A DNA stretch of 64,000 bases, taken from Lytechinus pictus. Taxonomy: Eukaryota. Under the pieces are notes generated by a model that was given only the letters and a program-made list of their open reading frames with translations, was not told the origin of the DNA and made no database searches. Both the position numbers and the translations under genes were made by a program. Below are positions 61,826 through 64,000 of this stretch, piece by piece. The stretch lies in the NCBI RefSeq assembly GCF_037042905.1, contig NC_087245.1:17858001-17922000 (forward strand), written 5' to 3'. Position 1 is the first letter of the stretch, and each line of letters begins with the position of its first letter.

Positions 61826-62260
61826 AAAGAATCTTAAAAGCGGATAATCAGAATTATTGTAATAAACTTAAATCTGCATTATTACATGTAAATATGTTAA
61901 TCTGGCAACTAGAAACATAAGAGTGTACCTGTTTTGACCCCTTAAAGCACCTATTAAAATTATTTTCGAAAATCTATAAAGATTATTCATTTTCAAAGAG
62001 TTATTCAGTTGTTAGGTAAAATGTGAAAGGGTATCATCTTTTTTTGTTGTATTTGCCTAAATCTTAAAAAAAAGAATCTTAAAAGCGGATAATCGTTGAT
62101 CGGAATTGATGTAAAAAATTGAATCTGCGCTATTACATGCAAATAATTATGCTGATCTGGGAACTAGAAACAAAAGGTGTACTTGTTACAGCACCTATTA
62201 AATTTCGAAAAATACAGAGATTATTCATTTTCAAAGAGTGAATGAATTGTCGGGTAAAAT
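61826..62260. repeat. Diverged tandem duplication, period ~245 bp
   Basis: AAAGAATCTTAAAAGCGGATAATC and GATTATTCATTTTCAAAGAGT each occur twice. Confidence 0.8.
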
Positions 62261-62739
62261 GAAAGAAGGTGTAAAAAAAATGATAACAAATAGTGACAGA
62301 TGCGCTCTAAAGTCTGATACAATGAGATATTTGCAATCAAAATATGGCATTAAAATACCTGGTCCCTGACATTTTTTTGTTTCCTGTATAAGACAACTAA
62401 AATAATAAAATCGGGTGAAAATTTCAGGACTCAATCGTTGTTTATGCCTTAATCTTTCTGATAATTTTTCTTCCAAACTTTAAGATTGGAGATCGAAGGG
62501 CCTTAATTGAAAAACAAAATCAAATCAATAACAAGAGGGTATATGACTAAATCTAATAACAGAAAAAAATCAATCACCTTTCGTATGACCAAGAAACCTT
62601 GTCACATTTCATTTACCGTGATACAATGGTAACTGAAATGTGATATGTTCTTTCGTGGTCACTACAATTTTGTATCATTGGAAATTTAGTGCTATATAAT
62701 TCACATAATGGAAGGTTGAATCGTTAGACATGGCTTAAA

Positions 62740-63265
62740 GGGATGGTCCATGCTGAACGTATTTATAGCTTAATAAATAGAGTAGAATTCACTGAGCAAA
62801 ATGCCGAAAATTTCATCAAAATCGGATAACAAATAACAAAGTTATTGACTTTTTAAGTTTAGCAATATTTTGTGAAAACAGTCGTCATGAATATTCATTA
62901 GGTGGGCTGATGATGTCACATCCCCACTTGTTCTTTTGTATCTTATTATATGAAATTAGGTTTATTCAATTTTTTTCCTCCAAGAACTAGAAAAATTGGA
63001 TTGACAACTGATTTAGTGCATTATATATTTATTGCTGCAACTTATTTCATTATAAGAGAGACAAATTATTCGCACAAGTATGAAATTATGAAGAAAATAT
63101 GATTTTATGTAATAACATAAGAAAACGGAAAGTGGAGATGTGACATCATCAGCCCACCTAATGAATATTTATGACGACTGTTTTCACAAAATATTGCTAA
63201 ACTTTAAACTTTATTATTTGTTATCCGATTTTGATGAAATTTTCGGCATTTTGCTCAGTGAACTC
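62740..63265. mobile_element. Kolobok-like foldback MITE, right end lost
   Basis: TTAA|AGGGATGGTCCATGCTGAA; long internal inverted arms; homologous to 12761-13601. Confidence 0.65.
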
Positions 63266-64000
63266 ATAACCTACTTTCTACTATGTGATACACAAATGCA
63301 TTCGAGTGTAGAATTCTATGGTATTCTCAGAGTTAATCAGACGTCGATCGCGACAACACGTGACCTCTTTTATGCAATTAATCTTATGTGAATTTATATG
63401 CTTACATGGATTTGTTATTTTATGGACTCAGATTCTCAACAGGATTTGAAATCCTCCTTTCAAACATTAACAAAATAAAGTCGCCTTTTGCAGAATTTCC
63501 CTGGCTCAAACTAAAATAAGCATAAGTTCCATTTCGCCTCGCTGAATATATCTTAACTCTTATTATGCTTAATAAATTATTTACTTTTGAAACAGAAAGT
63601 GGTAAACTTCTGATTAAGACCTAGCAAATTACTATTTTTTAAGCAAAAACTTAGACAACTTAATTATTGTGGTAGTGATGATACTTACGATGTAACTTCG
63701 GATGATTGTGATGATTGATAACAATGTATACGACAAAATGACAAAAATAGTCAAGGGTTTCGGGTGAACAAAATGACCACATCCCTTGCTTTTACTCAGC
63801 AATTCGTACGACGTTTAAACATCGTGGATATGATATTAGGTCTCTGTCTACGATCTTAATGTTAATAATTTCTACAAAAAATGAAAAACCCTGTTCAAAA
63901 TCATCGCCCTTTCCAATATCTTCTAAAGCATTACCATATACTGGTAAGCAAGGGAGCTCAGTCAGTTTCTGACAATGGGTGATGTTGTTAATCCTGAATA

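Overview
Eukaryotic, AT-rich, intron- and repeat-rich DNA. The repeat families suggest a marine invertebrate, probably a sea urchin (inference). Two complete head-to-head genes were reconstructed from GT-AG junctions with consistent phases: TMEM41A (minus strand, 5 coding exons, 396-9849, 253 aa) and RAB3GAP1 (plus strand, 23 coding exons, 13918-38111, 1066 aa). The rest is transposon-derived: non-autonomous hAT-, Harbinger-, Tc1/mariner- and Kolobok-like elements, Helentron-associated HINEs, two TU/foldback-like elements with 15/16-bp tandem-repeat arms, tRNA-derived SINEs, and Gypsy and LINE relics, often nested several levels deep. The most interesting observation is a 433-bp insert in a TMEM41A intron. 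On the minus strand it carries an octamer/CCAAT/TATA promoter followed directly by a minimal type I hammerhead ribozyme with a U3-A8 variant core, as in Penelope-like/retrozyme LTRs. All coordinates were read by eye and no database searches were run.
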